Shown: positions 61,799 through 64,000 of the stretch, piece by piece
How positions within the stretch are numbered: position 1 is the first letter of the stretch
Layout: the number at the start of each line of letters is the position of its first letter
DNA from: Paraspadella gotoi
Taxonomy: Eukaryota > Animalia > Chaetognatha
Direction of reading: 5' to 3'
Assembly (NCBI GenBank): GCA_051294375.1
Contig: CM119271.1
Coordinates: 6,697,632-6,761,631 of the forward strand
DNA: 64,000 nucleotides
The notes under the pieces: model-generated
Seen by the model: only the letters and a program-made list of their open reading frames with translations
What the model was told of the DNA's origin: nothing
The model's database searches: none
Position numbers and translations under genes: made by a program

Positions 61799-62975
61799 AA
61801 AATCTTAGAAGCAATAAGGATCGTCGCAATTCGCATAAGAAAAATCTGGATTGACAACAAATTTTTATAATAAAAAAAAAATCAAATTTGAGAAAAGAAA
61901 AAATTAATTTATAAACAAAAAAAGAAAGAAAAAAAATAAATATAAAGAAAGAATACGAAAGGAAAGAAAAAAGAAAGAAAAAAAGAAAAGAAAGAAAAAA
62001 TATTCAGAAGAACAGAACACGAAAAGAAAGTATAAAAGAAAAGAAAGAAAGAAGAGAAAAGAAAGAAAGGAAAGAAAGAATAGAAAGGAAAAAAAGGAAA
62101 AGAATAGAAAGGAAAAAAAGAATAGAAAAAAAGAAAGAATAGAAAGGAAAAAAGATAGAAGGAAAAAAAATAAAAAGGAAAAAAAAATAAAAGGAAAGAA
62201 AGAATAAAAAGGAAAGAAGGAATAAAAAGGAAAGAGAAGAATAAAAAGGAAAGAAAGAATAAAAATGAAAGAAAGAATAGAAAGGAAAGAAAGATTAGAA
62301 AGGAAACCAAGAACAGAAAGGAAAAAATAGAAATAAAAATAAAGAGAGAGTGACGAGAAGAAAGAACGAATAAAAAACCCGATGTTGCGAATATGCAAAA
62401 ATGATAACATAACAAATGCTAAGCCTAATTTTACCGAGTTCAATCCTCATTCAATTTTTTTTTTTTAATAAACCGCAGGAGAAGAGAGAAGCCAAACTCG
62501 TTTTTCGGACGAATGCAGCAGCGGCAGCAGCAGAGGCAACCCAGAAAAAAAAGAAATCAAAAGGCAGCAGCAGAAGCAGCAGGAGAAAAGACGAGAAAAA
62601 GAATAAGCTCCTGCACGAGCCAGCTGCAGACGCGTCTTTTCCCCCTATGATCATGCACAGGGAAAGAGAGAGGGAGAGAGACATATAATTAAAGAGAAAA
62701 GAGAGAGAGAAAGAAATATAAAATAAAGAGAAAGAAAATTTGTTGTGTTTTGATATAAACGTTAAACAAAACATTTAAAAACTTTTCCAGCTCTAATGTT
62801 TAAGCACATCGATGATGAGAAGCTGTTAATATAAATTTCTCCAGCTTCATACACACCCAAATTTAATCATAAAAAAGGCGATCCTACCTAATTTGGAACG
62901 ACGACGCACCAACGCCACTTATGGCGCAAAAGCGATAAAATATCGTCCGGCAAACCGCTAAACGATTTGCGACAA
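61799..62975. mobile_element. Dispersed non-autonomous repeat, copy B (no TRIM; expanded GAAA-rich tract ~61915-62350)
   Basis: Shares TAAGGATCGTCGCAAT..AAAATCTGGATTGAC, CCCGATGTTGCGA, TTTTACCGAGTTCAATCC, GGCAGCAGCAGAAGCAGCAGGAG and AACGCCACTTATG blocks with copy A. Confidence 0.75.
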
Positions 62976-63586
62976 AAAAATTATTTCTGATATGAGCCGC
63001 TATGGCGCTTCATCTAAGCATCTTGGTAAGGATAAAAAATACTGTATTATACATAAAAGGGAGACGATGCAGGAGTTTTATTTTCTTTTTCAACAAAATT
63101 TTAACTTTAAAAAAATTACATATTATATCATCAGGCCTCTGTAACTTTTTGTAGTTAATGAGATAAAGAATTTGTTAACCTTGTGGGCTATTAAAAATTA
63201 AAATACCTTAAAAAGTAGAATTCTCAAACCAAAAAATCAAATTTCTAGCATAAGCCAAAACTGTAGAGCAGCACAATATAAATCAGTTAGTACCTTATAA
63301 TTTGATATTTAAAGAACACTTGAAGCATGCCAGATATGCTGCAGTAACTTGGAAATACCATACAATTACCAGGATTGGTCTACCTGACTTATAAACCATC
63401 GCTCTATGTTATTTATACAGCGATAAATACAATCTAGTTACTAGTATATATGTAAGATTACTTTTAAATATAATTTCCCGAATTTTTGGCCTCAGGGCAT
63501 TTGCTCACCATATAATACAATCATAATCTAAAATAGCAATTTAGTTTCAGCACTCGCATAGTTTTAATGAAGACCAAGTTCGCTTC

Positions 63587-64000
63587 TTCAAAAGCCTAAT
63601 CGATCCAGGCCTTTGAATCACCAGTTTTCAGTTTTTCAAATTGAAAGCTTTGGAGAGGGGAGACGAGAGAATTCGACAAGTCAGAGACTGAGAAACAATT
63701 AGGATTGAAAAAATGCCACAAAGCTTGAGCACGCGTTGAAATCTGAACAGTTGTTAGTAGTAGAGAAGAGCCAGAGCTCGTAGATTTAGGAAGAATTAAA
63801 TTCTGGACTACTGAGCAGACGAGACGAGTGAATGCTAACGTTCACTATTTGGAATATTCATCAGAATGACAACAATGAAACTCGTATAATAGAGACTTAC
63901 ACCAAAAACACCCATGTGAGTTTTCAAATTGTCAGATAGGATTGACAATACTAAATCGATTCGGATAATGGCAGTCATGGAGCGATTAAATGTAACATCT
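63587..64000 (-). CDS. Possible 3' exons of a further minus-strand gene at the right edge
   Basis: An open frame from the window end to a GTAAGT donor (~63900), then an ~80-codon open frame after TTAG (~63835) ending ..KAWID*. No recognisable homology. Confidence 0.25.

Noticed and set aside
61904-62774. Phe/Leu/Ser-rich 'membrane protein' ORFs
   Set aside because: Translations of GAAA-rich low-complexity DNA inside repeat copy B.

Overview
Eukaryotic DNA, most likely a compact-genome invertebrate animal. Exons are GC/CpG-rich and introns are short, AT-rich GT-AG; the taxon cannot be fixed from sequence alone. Every recognisable protein-coding gene is on the minus strand, often only 220-550 bp from its neighbour. 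In order of transcription (right to left) they are: an uncharacterised terminal exon (weakly CDKN2AIP/NKRF-like), poly(A) polymerase, TRAPPC8, ZC4H2, an OAS-family nucleotidyltransferase, DDX46, MCCC2, a Pro/His-rich HEXIM/CCER1-like gene, AADAT, a winged-helix+TPR protein, a METTL7-like methyltransferase, ZC2HC1A-like and LRP1, which runs off the left edge. The most notable observations are four. (1) A ~650-bp miniature LTR retroelement (TRIM) at 42876-43525 has a PBS, PPT and TSD, and each LTR carries a tRNA-Gly-like sequence. It is nested in a dispersed repeat whose empty-site copy lies at ~61.8-63 kb. (2) The OAS gene has an 80-nt terminal intron; splicing swaps a short soluble C-terminus for a tail-anchor transmembrane one. 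(3) The unidirectional, tightly packed array has acceptor-like AG sites just upstream of start codons, suggesting operon-like transcription with trans-splicing. (4) There is a possible NTPase-less STAND/TPR protein and a degenerate HEXIM-like protein. Several MITE/foldback elements sit in introns. All homology calls come from motif recognition by eye, not database searches.
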